From: Chloroflexota bacterium
Lineage (GTDB): Bacteria; Chloroflexota; Dehalococcoidia; E44-bin15
Length of the DNA: 64,000 bases
Reading direction: 5' to 3'
NCBI GenBank assembly: GCA_034189695.1
Contig: JAXHUA010000141.1
Span: 3,341-67,340, forward strand
The notes under the pieces are model-generated. The model had not been told where the DNA came from. It saw only the letters and a list, made by a program, of their open reading frames with translations, and did not search any database. Every line of letters begins with the position of its first letter. Positions within the stretch are counted from its first letter, which is position 1. The position numbers and the translations under genes are program-made. Below, piece by piece: positions 23,104 through 33,392 of this stretch.

Positions 23104-23687
23104 TGGAACGGATCCGCGCCTTCATCGCCATCGAGATGCCGGAGACGGTAAGAGCCGCTCTTTCGGCTCTCGAGACCTCATTGCAGCCCGAGCAGCACAC
23201 CTACGTCAAGTGGGTGGCCCCTTCGAGCATACACCTCACGCTCAAGTTCCTGGGCAACATCCCCCAGCGGCAGGTGCCGGAGATAGTCGAAGCAGTGACG
23301 CATGCGTCAACAGGCATTCCCCCGTTCCAGCTCCATCTTGGTGAGCTGGGAGCCTTCCCCAACCTGGGGCGGCCGCGCGTCATATGGGTGGGCCTGACCG
23401 GTGAGGTGGACGCCGTTATGAGGCTCCAGAGGAGCATCGACCAGGCCCTCGTCCCTCTCGGATTCGACATGGAGGCCCGGCCCTTCACCGCCCACCTTAC
23501 CCTGGGGCGCCTGCGGGAGCGGGCGACGCATGAGGAGCGGAGGCGGATCGGGGGCCTTGTCACGGCGACCCAGTTCGAGGCGGCGACTCCCATGAGCGTG
23601 AGGGAGGTGAGCCTGATGAGGAGCCGCCTGACCCCGGCGGGTGCCATCTACAGCCGCCTCGCCAGCGTTGAGCTGAAGGACGCGTAG
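23100..23687 (+). CDS. thpR: RNA 2',3'-cyclic phosphodiesterase (2H phosphoesterase, ThpR/LigT)
   Basis: Two H-x-T-x motifs (IHLTLKFLG and AHLTLGRL) in a 195-aa protein. Confidence 0.8.
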   Translation: MMERIRAFIAIEMPETVRAALSALETSLQPEQHTYVKWVAPSSIHLTLKFLGNIPQRQVPEIVEAVTHASTGIPPFQLHLGELGAFPNLGRPRVIWVGLTGEVDAVMRLQRSIDQALVPLGFDMEARPFTAHLTLGRLRERATHEERRRIGGLVTATQFEAATPMSVREVSLMRSRLTPAGAIYSRLASVELKDA

Positions 23688-23798
23688 GGCGGCACGCGCA
23701 TACGACACCTGGCACGAGAAACCTCGGCACGGACGGGTTGTAAACGCCCACTGCTTTGGTGTATACTTAATTTTTGATTCCAGGCTGGGAGGTGGTTC

Positions 23799-24011
23799 TT
23801 GGAGAACAACTCGCTACCGAAATGCCAGAAGTGCAATGACGGACTCCTTGTTCCGCTCTCCGATTTCGGAGGGCAGGGAGCACCGATACACTATAAGGCA
23901 TGGGTGTGCACCAATCCAGAGTGCGGTTTCAACATCAAGATCCGAAACGGCGACATATATGTGAACGAGCCGATCCTAAGCGGCGTGGGGCATAGCCCCA
24001 GGCAACGCTAG
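23799..24011 (+). CDS. small zinc-ribbon protein (CxxC...CxxxxC), hypothetical
   Basis: 70 aa, KCQKC...CTNPEC; lower GC than its surroundings; TTG start after a GGGAGGTGG RBS; a promoter-like TTGTAA...TATACT lies upstream. Confidence 0.4.
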   Translation: MENNSLPKCQKCNDGLLVPLSDFGGQGAPIHYKAWVCTNPECGFNIKIRNGDIYVNEPILSGVGHSPRQR

Positions 24012-24294
24012 CCAATAGGCTACTTCCCGTACCAAACCATACGGACCTTAAGGTTACAGTCCTATTAGCCCGGCAGTATCGCTAAGGCAGCTGAAAGAGG
24101 CGGCCCTCGATCTCGTATTTCCAGCTACTTGTGTAGGTTGCGGGAGAGGGGGCGCTTTTCTTTGTTCCTCGTGTGTTTCAGCACTGCCACACCTCAGAGT
24201 CCCGCTCTGCGCCAGATGCGGCAAGTCGATATCCTCCGGTCTGCTCTGCTCTGAGTGCCGGGCTCGAACGCCGGACATCGACGGCATACGCTCT

Positions 24295-24786
24295 GTGTAC
24301 CGCTTCGAGGGGGCCCTGCGGCAGGCCATCCTCCAGTTCAAATACAGGAACGTGAAAGCCCTCGCGCCGTCGCTCGGCTCGCTCATGGCGCGGTACCTGA
24401 GGGCTCACCCCCTGCCCGCCGACGTCCTTGTACCGGTGCCGCTTCACCCACGTCGAGTCCGTGAGCGGGGGTACAACCAATCGGCGCTGCTGGCGACCGA
24501 GGTGGGCCGGGCCAGCACATTGCCCGTGGTTGACGGATGCCTCGTCCGGCGCAAAGACACCCCGCCACAGACACGGACGAGGAGCGCCGCGGAGCGCCGC
24601 CGCAATATCGTCGATGCGTTCGCCTGCCACGACTCCCGATTGAAGGGAAGGCGCATTCTGCTCATCGACGATGTCTGCACCTCGGGGGCTACTCTGAATG
24701 CATGTGCCCAGGCCCTTCGGGCTGGCGGCGCGGCCTCCGTCTGGGCTCTGACCCTGGCGAGAGAGACCTGGGGAACCGCGGACTGA
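24295..24786 (+). CDS. comFC: ComF family protein (ComFC-like phosphoribosyltransferase-domain competence protein)
   Basis: PRTase fold with ILLIDDVCTSGATL. The ComFC N-terminal zinc-finger segment (LDLVFPATCVGCG...CARCG...CSEC) lies in-frame upstream at 24052-24294 but has no ATG/GTG/TTG start. Confidence 0.7.
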   Translation: MYRFEGALRQAILQFKYRNVKALAPSLGSLMARYLRAHPLPADVLVPVPLHPRRVRERGYNQSALLATEVGRASTLPVVDGCLVRRKDTPPQTRTRSAAERRRNIVDAFACHDSRLKGRRILLIDDVCTSGATLNACAQALRAGGAASVWALTLARETWGTAD

Positions 24787-24970
24787 CGATTGCGTGCGGC
24801 ATACGTTGGAGTTGTTGACGGGTCAGCCGGCAGTGAAGTAAACTGACCGACAAGCGGGGTCGAGCAGCCATTGAAGCGGGGATGGTGGAGTTGGTAGTCT
24901 ATCAGGGTGCGTCGATCAGTCCCGGAAGCCACGCCCGTACGTCGCGTGGTTTCGTTTTTCGAGGATTACC

Positions 24971-26212
24971 ATGCATGCATTAGAGAAGAGTGACCCCGAG
25001 GTCTATGAGGTGATTCGCGGGGAGCAGGAGCGACAGAGACGTAACATCGAGCTCATCGCCTCAGAGAACCACGCCTCGCGCGCCGTTCTTGAAGCCCAGG
25101 GGTCGGTCCTCACTGACAAGTACGCCGAGGGGTACCCTCAGCACCGCTATTACGGCGGGTGCCAGCAGGTCGACCGGGTCGAGAACCTGGCTCGAGAGCG
25201 GGCGAAGGCGCTCTTCGGTGCGGAACATGCCAATGTGCAGGCCCACAGCGGGACGCAGGCCAACATGGCCGCCTACTTCACGTTACTCGACCATGGCGAC
25301 ACCGTAATGGCCACCAAGTATGAGCACGGCGGGCATCTGACTCACGGAAGCCCGGTGAACTTCTCAGGAAGGCTCTACAGTTTCGTTTTCTATGGCGTCA
25401 GCCAGGAGACAGAGCGGTTCGATTACGACGAGATAGAGCGGCTTGCCACTGAATACAGACCGAAGCTCATCGTGACCGGAACCAGCACCTACCCCCGGAT
25501 CATCGATTTCGAGCGGTTCGGTGCCATCGCCAAGCGCGTCGGGGCGCGTCTCATGGTGGACATGGCGCACACGGCAGGCCTGGTCGCCGCGGGCGTGCAT
25601 CCGACTCCAGTGCCACATGCAGACGTCGTGACCGCCACAACGCACAAGACGCTCAGGGGCCCCAGAGGAGGCTTCATTCTCTGCAAGAGCGAGTTCGCCA
25701 CTCGCATTGACCAATCGGTCTTCCCCGAGATACAGGGGGGGCCAATGATGCACGCCATCGCCGCGAAGGCGGTGGCCTTCGGCGAGGCGATGAGACCCGA
25801 ATTCGTGCGCTATCAACAGGCGGTTGTGGAGAATGCGCAGGTACTTGCGGGGGAACTGGAGAAGGGCGGCCTCCGCATCGTTTCCGGAGGCACGGACACG
25901 CACCTCTTGCTCGTGGACCTGCGCAACCTGGGAATCAGCGGAAGGCGGGCCGAGGAGGCGCTGGACCGCGTTCACATCACGGTGAACAAGAACAACATAC
26001 CGTTCGACACCAACCCACCCCAGGTGACCGGCGGCATCAGGCTGGGTACTCCGGCGGTGACGACGCGCGGGTTTGGCCCGGACCAGATGAGGCAGGTGGC
26101 GCGGATGCTCCTGAAGACGCTCTCCAACCTGGATGACGAGAAGACCTACGAGGAAGTCCGCCAGGAGGTGGAGCGCCTGACCAGCGGCTTTCCCGTGCCA
26201 GGCCGCGAGTAG
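24971..26212 (+). CDS. glyA: serine hydroxymethyltransferase
   Basis: 413 aa; [18 protein letters not shown], the PLP lysine [12 protein letters not shown], and a conserved C-terminus. Confidence 0.92.
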   Translation: MHALEKSDPEVYEVIRGEQERQRRNIELIASENHASRAVLEAQGSVLTDKYAEGYPQHRYYGGCQQVDRVENLARERAKALFGAEHANVQAHSGTQANMAAYFTLLDHGDTVMATKYEHGGHLTHGSPVNFSGRLYSFVFYGVSQETERFDYDEIERLATEYRPKLIVTGTSTYPRIIDFERFGAIAKRVGARLMVDMAHTAGLVAAGVHPTPVPHADVVTATTHKTLRGPRGGFILCKSEFATRIDQSVFPEIQGGPMMHAIAAKAVAFGEAMRPEFVRYQQAVVENAQVLAGELEKGGLRIVSGGTDTHLLLVDLRNLGISGRRAEEALDRVHITVNKNNIPFDTNPPQVTGGIRLGTPAVTTRGFGPDQMRQVARMLLKTLSNLDDEKTYEEVRQEVERLTSGFPVPGRE

Positions 26213-26241
26213 TTGTTGCTGGGGTCGTTACGTGCTATAAT
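26213..26241 (+). promoter_or_regulatory. sigma-70 promoter for rpsF-ssb-rpsR (TTGTTG-17-TATAAT)
   Basis: -35 at 26213-18, -10 TATAAT at 26236-41, immediately after the glyA stop. Confidence 0.55.
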
Positions 26242-26294
26242 AGCCGACATCCGTCATGGCCCAAGCAGAGTTAGGTTATCCGGGAGGGAATCGA

Positions 26295-26579
26295 TTGCGA
26301 GACTACGAGATGGTGGTTATCATCAGCCCCGAGTTGACTGATGAGGAGACCGCTGTCATCTTGGACAAGATAAGCCAGTTCATCACCGACCGGGGCGGTA
26401 CTGTTACCGATGTGAACCAATGGGGAAGGAGGAAGCTCGCCTATCCGATACAGCGCCAGATGGAAGGGCAGTATGTGTTGACGCAGTTCAAGATGGAGCC
26501 GCAGATGACAGCCGAGTTCGAGGCCAGTCTCAGGCTGACCGAGGGGATACTGCGTCACCTTCTCGTCAGGATGGAGTGA
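26295..26579 (+). CDS. rpsF: 30S ribosomal protein S6
   Basis: The conserved N-terminus (M)RDYEMVVIISPEL begins at TTG 26295 after a GGGAGGG RBS; the ORF tool calls 26256. Confidence 0.85.
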   Translation: MRDYEMVVIISPELTDEETAVILDKISQFITDRGGTVTDVNQWGRRKLAYPIQRQMEGQYVLTQFKMEPQMTAEFEASLRLTEGILRHLLVRME

Positions 26580-26602
26580 ACGGAGAGAAGGAGCTTTGAG
26601 AG

Positions 26603-26998
26603 ATGGCAAGCCTGAACAAGGTGATGATCATCGGCAATCTCGGCACTGACCCGGAGATGCGTTTCACGGCCGACGGCAACCCGGTGACGACCTTCCGTAT
26701 CGCGGCCTCATTTGGCTACACCAGCCCCGAAGGGGAAAGGAAACAGGAGACGGAATGGTTCACCGTAGTCACCTGGAGGAAGCTCGCGGAGACCTGCAAC
26801 CAGTTCCTGGCTAAGGGCAGGCGGGCCTACGTGGAAGGAAGGATACGTAGCCACACGTGGGAGGGGCAGGACGGCCAGCGACGTTTCCGCAACGAGATAG
26901 TGGCCAACAGGGTAATATTCCTCGACCGCCCCGGCGTGGCTCCGCTGCCGGAGGACGTCGGCGGTGAGGAAGTGGCACCGGACGAATTGCCCTTCTAG
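26603..26998 (+). CDS. ssb: single-stranded DNA-binding protein
   Basis: OB-fold with NKVMIIGNLGTDPEMRFT...WFTVVTWRKLAE and an acidic tail ending DELPF. Confidence 0.9.
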   Translation: MASLNKVMIIGNLGTDPEMRFTADGNPVTTFRIAASFGYTSPEGERKQETEWFTVVTWRKLAETCNQFLAKGRRAYVEGRIRSHTWEGQDGQRRFRNEIVANRVIFLDRPGVAPLPEDVGGEEVAPDELPF

Positions 26999-27038
26999 GG
27001 AAGACGTGACAAGAGTGAGGGAGTAGGTAGCGTATCAC

Positions 27039-27347
27039 ATGGCGAGGAGACCAGCGAAACCAACGAAACAAAGGCACGGCGGCAGGGGCCACCGGCGGTT
27101 TGTACCGAAACGCAAGGTGTGCGCCTTCTGCGTTGAGCGCACTGAGACAATCGATTACAAGAACCCCAATAAGCTCCGCCGCTATATATCGGATCGTGGA
27201 AAAATCGAGCCTCGGCGCAGAACGGGGACCTGCGCCAAGCATCAGCGAGAACTGGCGATGGCGATCAAGCGGGCGCGGCTCCTTGCCCTGCTCCCCTTTA
27301 CCCCAGCCCACATCCGCAAGACCGGCGGTGTCGGCGTCCGGGACTGA
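27039..27347 (+). CDS. rpsR: 30S ribosomal protein S18
   Basis: CAFC...[43 protein letters not shown] matches S18. Confidence 0.9.
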   Translation: MARRPAKPTKQRHGGRGHRRFVPKRKVCAFCVERTETIDYKNPNKLRRYISDRGKIEPRRRTGTCAKHQRELAMAIKRARLLALLPFTPAHIRKTGGVGVRD

Positions 27348-27420
27348 CCGCCGTTTCCGCAACCAGTTCCCATATCGATGACCGGCGAGCCTTCACCGCA
27401 TGTGGGTTTAGTATGCTGTA

Positions 27421-28407
27421 ATGGCGAGAAAGGCGAAGACACCTGTATCAGGGCCAGTCACCAGGCGCCGTCTAGCTCGCTGGCAACGCGAGAGACGGCG
27501 GCGGCGGATCACCCTTCTGATTGGCTCCATCGTCATCGTTGTGACCGCCCTGATAATTGCCTACGGGTTCTACAGCTCAAGCTGCGCGCCACAGCGGCAG
27601 TGGATAACCAGAGTCGGAACGAACGAGACCTACACCGTGTTTCGCAGTTCCGACTACGTCCACGCACTGCGCCTCATTGAGCTTGGCTTCTACAGCCCCG
27701 AGACAACGTATGCAGCAGAGGGCCCCCTCGTCGTCCTTGAGAGCAACGAACTGGTCAGACAGGGCGCTGATGAGGCTGGTGTCGGCGCACCCACCGATGC
27801 GGAGATCAAGGAGCGGGTCAAAGAGATGATGTCCTCGGAGGGGGAGGAACTCACCGACGAGGAGTATCGCCAGGCTTTGCAGAACGTCGTGGCAAACACC
27901 GGCCTCTCCGAGAGTGAGTTCCTGAAGATCGTGGAGCAAGACCTCCTGGGGGATAAGCTCGACCAGTACCTGAGGGATAGCGTTCCTGAAGTCGGTGAGA
28001 TTCTGCCGCACGTGCACCTGGAGGCGATCGTGGCGGAGAGTGAAGAGCTGGCCGGTGAGGCTATGGACAGGCTCAACGCCGGCGAGGACTTTACCGACCT
28101 CACGCTGGAGTATGGAGGCGGCGACCTGGGCTGGATGCCGGAGGGCCTCATGAGCGCCGACATACAAGCCCTGGTGTATTCCCTGGAGATTGGCAATGTG
28201 ACCGAGCCCATTCAGACCGAGCTGGGCTTTACCATCATACAGTTGCTCGGCAAGGAGGACCGCGCGCTCGAAGAGGGCGCACGCGCTACACTTCAGGAGA
28301 ATGCGTTCAGCCTGTGGCTCGAGGAGATGGCGGAGGAGAGAGTGCAGCGCAACCCAGGGGTCGACTGGGACGCGAAGTACAGTTGGGCGCTCGCGCAGCT
28401 CAGCTAG
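27421..28407 (+). CDS. membrane-anchored PpiC/parvulin-type peptidyl-prolyl isomerase (PrsA/SurA-like)
   Basis: N-terminal basic segment plus a TM; a C-terminal parvulin domain (HLEAIVAESEELA...GGDLGWMPEG...ELGFTIIQL). Confidence 0.75.
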   Translation: MARKAKTPVSGPVTRRRLARWQRERRRRRITLLIGSIVIVVTALIIAYGFYSSSCAPQRQWITRVGTNETYTVFRSSDYVHALRLIELGFYSPETTYAAEGPLVVLESNELVRQGADEAGVGAPTDAEIKERVKEMMSSEGEELTDEEYRQALQNVVANTGLSESEFLKIVEQDLLGDKLDQYLRDSVPEVGEILPHVHLEAIVAESEELAGEAMDRLNAGEDFTDLTLEYGGGDLGWMPEGLMSADIQALVYSLEIGNVTEPIQTELGFTIIQLLGKEDRALEEGARATLQENAFSLWLEEMAEERVQRNPGVDWDAKYSWALAQLS

Positions 28408-28418
28408 CGAGGCTATCG

Positions 28419-29717
28419 GTGGCAGGGAAAAAGAGCATCGGCATTGGAGTGCTCGGCTTCGGAGTAATCGGCAGTGCAGTGTCCAGAGCACTGATTGAGA
28501 GGGGGCAGTCCCTGGCCACCCAGGTCGGCTGTCCACTCCGTCTCAGGAAGGTGTTGGAGAAGGATGCAGCCAAGACCCGGTCGTCGGGTCTTGACCCCGA
28601 CCTGTTCACCACCGACGCCACAGAGGTTCTCGCCCATCCCGAGATCGACATCGTGGTTGAGGTTCTGGGCGGCGAATACCCGGCCTTCGATTTCATTATG
28701 GAGGCCCTGAGCAGTGGCAAGCACGTGGTCACCTCCAACAAGGAGGTCATGGCAAAGCACGGCCATGAGTTCCTGAACCGGGCCCGGGACACGGGGGTGG
28801 ACATCCACTACGAAGCGAGCGTGGGTGGGGGAATCCCCCTCATCGCCCCGTTCAAACAGGACCTTCTGGCGAATGAGATCATGGCGATCCACGCCATCAT
28901 TAACGGCACGACCAACTACATCCTCACCAGAATGGCGTCGGGGGGGCTTGACTTCGCCACGGCCCTCAAGGAGGCCCAGAGCCTTGGCTACGCCGAAGCC
29001 GACCCGACCAACGATGTCGAGGGCATTGACGCGGCATACAAGCTCACCATACTGGCGACGCTCGCCTTTCATGTGCTCGTCCGCCCCGAGGACGTTTATC
29101 ACGAGGGTATTTCACGCCTTTCGTCCCGCGACTTCCGCTACGCGCGGGAGCTGGGCTACGAGATAAAGCTGCTCGCCATAGCCAAAGAGACGGACGGGTC
29201 CATAGAGGTTCGGGTCCACCCGGTGTTCCTCCCGCAAGACCTGTTGCTGGCAAAGGTGGATGGCGTGTACAACGCAGTGCAGGTGGAGGGCGACCTGGTG
29301 GGAAGGGTGCTGTTCTACGGGCAGGGCGCCGGCCCTTCCGCCACATCGAGCGCAGTTATCGCTGACGTCATCGACTTCGCCCAGCGGCTCAACCTGGGAG
29401 TCAACATCTCGCCTCAACTGAAGCTGAATTCCACCAAGAGGCTCAAACCCATCTCGGATATCGAGACGCGCTACTACCTTCGTATGGCCACCGCCGACCG
29501 CCCCGGGGTGCTCGCCAACATCTCGCGCATACTGGGCGACCTCGGCATCAGCATCTCATCGGTCATTCAGAAGGAGAGCGACGTGTCGGCTGATGCGGCG
29601 GAGATCGTTCTGATGACATACCCCGCCCAGGAGAGCGCGATGCGGAAGGCAATGTCTCAGATCGAGCGCCTCGATGTGGTGCGGGAGATATCGAACTTCG
29701 TCCGTGTCGAAGACTGA
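28419..29717 (+). CDS. hom: homoserine dehydrogenase with C-terminal ACT domain
   Basis: IGIGVLGFGVIGSAV Rossmann motif, a catalytic domain, and a C-terminal ACT (RYYLRMATADRPGVLANISRILGD). The GTG start at 28419 follows the PPIase stop; the ORF tool begins at 28314, inside the upstream gene. Confidence 0.85.
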   Translation: MAGKKSIGIGVLGFGVIGSAVSRALIERGQSLATQVGCPLRLRKVLEKDAAKTRSSGLDPDLFTTDATEVLAHPEIDIVVEVLGGEYPAFDFIMEALSSGKHVVTSNKEVMAKHGHEFLNRARDTGVDIHYEASVGGGIPLIAPFKQDLLANEIMAIHAIINGTTNYILTRMASGGLDFATALKEAQSLGYAEADPTNDVEGIDAAYKLTILATLAFHVLVRPEDVYHEGISRLSSRDFRYARELGYEIKLLAIAKETDGSIEVRVHPVFLPQDLLLAKVDGVYNAVQVEGDLVGRVLFYGQGAGPSATSSAVIADVIDFAQRLNLGVNISPQLKLNSTKRLKPISDIETRYYLRMATADRPGVLANISRILGDLGISISSVIQKESDVSADAAEIVLMTYPAQESAMRKAMSQIERLDVVREISNFVRVED

Positions 29718-29731
29718 TTGGGAGGCACGAG

Positions 29732-30124
29732 GTGGGCTATCTGTCCCCGACCATCGCCGTACGCGATATGAAGAGGGCCATCGAGTTCTACCGGGACGTC
29801 CTCGGCTTCGACCTGGGCGCCGTCTTCCCCAGCGTGGATGATTTGCAGAACGCCGCATACGCCGACCTTTCCAAGGACGGGATGGTCCTGATGCTGATTC
29901 CCGCGGCCAGCACCGGCGTTGGCGCGGACGAAAGGTTGGGCATAGGGGTGAACTTCTACATGGAGATCGACGGCAACCTCGATGACTACTATGCCGAGTT
30001 GAAGCGGCGGGGCGTGGCCGTCGCCGTCGACATAAAGGACGAGCCGTTCGGCATCCGGGACTTCACCGTCAAGGACGCCGACGGCTACCACCTGACATTC
30101 GTGAATCGCTTGCAGGAGCGCTAG
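29732..30124 (+). CDS. glyoxalase/bleomycin-resistance (VOC) family protein
   Basis: 130 aa with paired beta-alpha-beta-beta-beta VOC modules (IAVRDMKRAIEFYRDVLGF...DADGYHLTF). Confidence 0.7.
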   Translation: MGYLSPTIAVRDMKRAIEFYRDVLGFDLGAVFPSVDDLQNAAYADLSKDGMVLMLIPAASTGVGADERLGIGVNFYMEIDGNLDDYYAELKRRGVAVAVDIKDEPFGIRDFTVKDADGYHLTFVNRLQER

Positions 30125-30192
30125 CTGCGCTGGCAGACCAAGAGAAAGGGGGCCCACCCGCAGCCCATCAACCATCCGCAGGGTGAGCTGAG

Positions 30193-31248
30193 ATGAAACA
30201 AGGAGTGCTGGAACGTTATCGTGACTTCCTCCCAATCACGGCGCAGACGCCGATAATTACGCTCGGGGAGGGAGACACGCCCTTGGTGCGCTCACAGCGC
30301 ATCGAACGCGAGTTTGGCTGTGAGCTGTACTTCAAGCTCGAAGGCTGCAATCCCACCGGCTCCTTCAAGGATAGAGGCATGGTGGTCGCTGTGGCCAAGG
30401 CGGTTGAGGAGGGTGCCAGCGCCATCATCTGTGCCTCGACCGGCAATACCAGCGCGTCGGCGGCCGCTTTCGGGGCGCGGTTCGGCCTCAAGACAATCGT
30501 GGTCATCCCTGAGGGCAAGATCGCCCAGGGGAAACTGGCCCAGGCTCTCATTTATGGAGCGCAGATCCTTTCCATCGACGGCAACTTCGACCAGGCTCTT
30601 CAGATTGTCCGCGCCTTGACCGAGAAGTATCCCATCACCCTGGTCAATTCGCTCAACCCGAACCGCATCCAGGGGCAGAAGACTGCGGCGTTTGAGGTCA
30701 TCGACGCCCTGGGAGACGCTCCAGACTACCTCTTCATTCCAGTGGGCAACGCCGGCAACATAACCGCGTACTGGAAGGGCTTCGTGGAGTACCACCAGGC
30801 GGGCCGTTCCACTAGGAGGCCCAGCATGATGGGTTTCCAGGCGGCCGGGGCAGCGCCCATCGTGCGCGGGAAGGTCGTTGAGAACCCGGAGACGGTTGCC
30901 ACAGCGATAAGGATCGGCAATCCGGCCAGTTGGATGGGGGCTGTAGCGGCACGAGATGAGTCGGGCGGCCTCATCGATGCGGTAACCGACGACGAGATCC
31001 TGTCGGCCTTCCGCCTGCTCGCCCAAGAGGAAGGCGTCTTTGGCGAGCCGGCATCTCCTGCATCGGTGGCCGGCCTTCTGAAGGTGGTCCGGGCCGGACG
31101 CGTCGACCTCAATGGCAAGACCGCAGTCTGCATCATAACGGGAACGGGGTTGAAGGACCCTGATACCGCCATCAGCTACGCGCCGCCGCCGCAGATGCTT
31201 CCAGCCGACCTCGCCGCAGTTGAGCGAGCACTCGGTCTGGTCGCGTGA
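30193..31248 (+). CDS. thrC: threonine synthase
   Basis: PLP lysine motif [18 protein letters not shown], 351 aa. Confidence 0.9.
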   Translation: MKQGVLERYRDFLPITAQTPIITLGEGDTPLVRSQRIEREFGCELYFKLEGCNPTGSFKDRGMVVAVAKAVEEGASAIICASTGNTSASAAAFGARFGLKTIVVIPEGKIAQGKLAQALIYGAQILSIDGNFDQALQIVRALTEKYPITLVNSLNPNRIQGQKTAAFEVIDALGDAPDYLFIPVGNAGNITAYWKGFVEYHQAGRSTRRPSMMGFQAAGAAPIVRGKVVENPETVATAIRIGNPASWMGAVAARDESGGLIDAVTDDEILSAFRLLAQEEGVFGEPASPASVAGLLKVVRAGRVDLNGKTAVCIITGTGLKDPDTAISYAPPPQMLPADLAAVERALGLVA

Positions 31249-31443
31249 CGTGTCGCGTCGTGGTGACGGTCAACGCCGCCGGTGTGCAGAGGTGCTGTCC
31301 GGACTCAGGCCAGGTCAGCGTTAACGTCGTGTCCGCCGCGCGAGCAGTCTGCCGAAACCGGGTGCGGCGCTTGCACTGGAATAGCGCAGAACCGGGATTT
31401 GATGCTGCGGCACCAGCTGTCGCTCTACTAAAAGGAGGAGGCA

Positions 31444-32022
31444 ATGGCTAGAAGAAGCACAGAGGGAGCAGCGGGCTTCGCCCACCACTACCCCAAGGTG
31501 GCGACAATAGTCACCGCCCATGCCAAGGGAAAGGACAATGGGATGGCGGTGGCGTGGCACTCCGCCATCTCAGCGAATCCACCCTTATACGGCGTGTCCA
31601 TCGCAGCCAGCAGGTTCACCCTAGAGCTGATCCTGGAGGCCCGCGAGTTCGGTATCAACTTCATGCCCATGGAGAAGGCGCACCTCGTCGCCGCTGTCGG
31701 GGGCAGCTCGGGCAGGAAGACGGACAAGTTCGGTACGTTCGGTCTAACGAAGGACAAGTCGCTGAAGACATCGGCGCCGATCCTCAAGGACGCGTATGCG
31801 GCCTATGAGTGCAAGCTTGTGGACTACAGCACCTACGGCGACCACGTGTGGGTGGTCGGCGTGATAATGGCCACTCACTACGAGCAGGACTTCTTCACCG
31901 AACAGGAAGGGCCAAACATGAAGCTGTTCTCGCCGGCCCTCTACCTGGGCACCGAGCGGTATACGACCGTGGCCGGCGACGTACTGAAGCACCTTGACCG
32001 CAAGGAGTATGGGAAAGGCTAA
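31444..32022 (+). CDS. flavin reductase-like FMN-binding domain protein
   Basis: Flavin_Reduct-domain topology ([25 protein letters not shown]...). Confidence 0.6.
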   Translation: MARRSTEGAAGFAHHYPKVATIVTAHAKGKDNGMAVAWHSAISANPPLYGVSIAASRFTLELILEAREFGINFMPMEKAHLVAAVGGSSGRKTDKFGTFGLTKDKSLKTSAPILKDAYAAYECKLVDYSTYGDHVWVVGVIMATHYEQDFFTEQEGPNMKLFSPALYLGTERYTTVAGDVLKHLDRKEYGKG

Positions 32023-32593
32023 AGGGGGGGCGTTGGTCGACAAGCAGAAGATTGAGCAAGCGGTGCTCTCCATCATTGAGGCGATAGGGGAAGACCCACG
32101 AAGAGAGGGTCTGGTAGGTACTCCGCGGCGTATCGCCGAGATGTACGTGGACCTCTTCAGCGGCCTGGACGTCGATCCCAAGAAGGCATTGACGGTCAGC
32201 TTCGATGAGGGTCACCACGAGATGGTCATTCTGAAGGATATCCCGTTCCACTCGATGTGCGAGCACCACTTCCTCCCGTTCGTCGGTGTGGCGCACGTGG
32301 GGTACATCCCGAAGGGACGCGTTGTCGGCGCGTCGAAGCTGGCGCGCGCGGTGGAGACGCTGGCCAGGCGTCCTCAGATACAGGAGCGGCTCACCAGCCA
32401 GATAGCTGAGGCAGTCGTCGACGCGCTGGCTCCAACGGGCGTGGGCGTGGTCATTGAGGCGGAGCACATGTGCATGACCCTCAGGGGAGTGCGTAAGCCT
32501 GGTTCGAAGATAGTGACGTCAGCCATGAGGGGCCTCTTCCGGACGAACGCGGCGACCAGGGCCGAGTTCATGTCGCTGGTGGAAGGTAAGTAG
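32009..32593 (+). CDS. folE: GTP cyclohydrolase I
   Basis: [23 protein letters not shown]...[22 protein letters not shown] is the canonical FolE sequence. The start is ATG 32009 or TTG 32033; the ORF tool opens at 31994. Confidence 0.88.
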   Translation: MGKAKGGALVDKQKIEQAVLSIIEAIGEDPRREGLVGTPRRIAEMYVDLFSGLDVDPKKALTVSFDEGHHEMVILKDIPFHSMCEHHFLPFVGVAHVGYIPKGRVVGASKLARAVETLARRPQIQERLTSQIAEAVVDALAPTGVGVVIEAEHMCMTLRGVRKPGSKIVTSAMRGLFRTNAATRAEFMSLVEGK

Positions 32594-32594
32594 C

Positions 32595-33392
32595 CTACTC
32601 CTGATTCCGAAAAGACCAGACGGCCAGCGAGGCCATCACGGCGCCGAACACCACCAGCACCGCCACGTCCTCCGCGATGGACATTGTATGCCCGAACACG
32701 GTTATTCCGAGGGCCGGCATCCCCTCGGAGGGCGCGAGCACGGACTGACGCAGCGAGTCCACCCCATAGCTCACCGGATTGAGCCGCACAGGGACTCCCA
32801 ACCACGAAGGGAGCCGGTCAGTCGGGAATAGCGCTGGTGACAGGAAGAACAGCGGGAAGAGTAGCAACTGCATCACCACCTGGAACGATTCCATCGTCTT
32901 GATGCGCGATGCAATCAGGATCCCCAGAGACGTCATGGAAAAAGCGAACACGAACATGAGTGGGATCAGCAGGAACACCTGCGCCACGGATATGCTCACC
33001 CCGACGAAGGGCACGAATACAAGCATCACCGCCCCTTGAACGCATGCAATCGTGGCCCCGCCCAGGGCCTTGCCGATGGCCACGGCCGTGCGGCTAATGG
33101 GTGCTACCAGGACCTCCTTCAGGAAGCCGAACTCACGGTCCCAGACAATCGACACCCCACCCATTATGGCTGTGAAGAATACTACCATGCCGATGATGCC
33201 CGGGAACATGAACTGAATATAGCTGTAGCCGCTCTCGCCGCCGAGGAGCATCATCCCGGCCGACAGACCGGTGCCGATGATAACCAGGAACAGGAATGGC
33301 TGGGCGAAGCTGGCCACGAGCCGCGCTCTGTCTCGCCAGAAGCGCAGAAGGTCGCGATACCATATGATGTATATTGCCCTCAGGTTCCTCAA
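32595..33392 (-). CDS. ABC-2 type transporter permease
   Basis: Six TM helices; ABC-2 family signature positions; translationally coupled to the ATPase upstream. Confidence 0.75.
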   Translation of the reverse strand: MRNLRAIYIIWYRDLLRFWRDRARLVASFAQPFLFLVIIGTGLSAGMMLLGGESGYSYIQFMFPGIIGMVVFFTAIMGGVSIVWDREFGFLKEVLVAPISRTAVAIGKALGGATIACVQGAVMLVFVPFVGVSISVAQVFLLIPLMFVFAFSMTSLGILIASRIKTMESFQVVMQLLLFPLFFLSPALFPTDRLPSWLGVPVRLNPVSYGVDSLRQSVLAPSEGMPALGITVFGHTMSIAEDVAVLVVFGAVMASLAVWSFRNQE

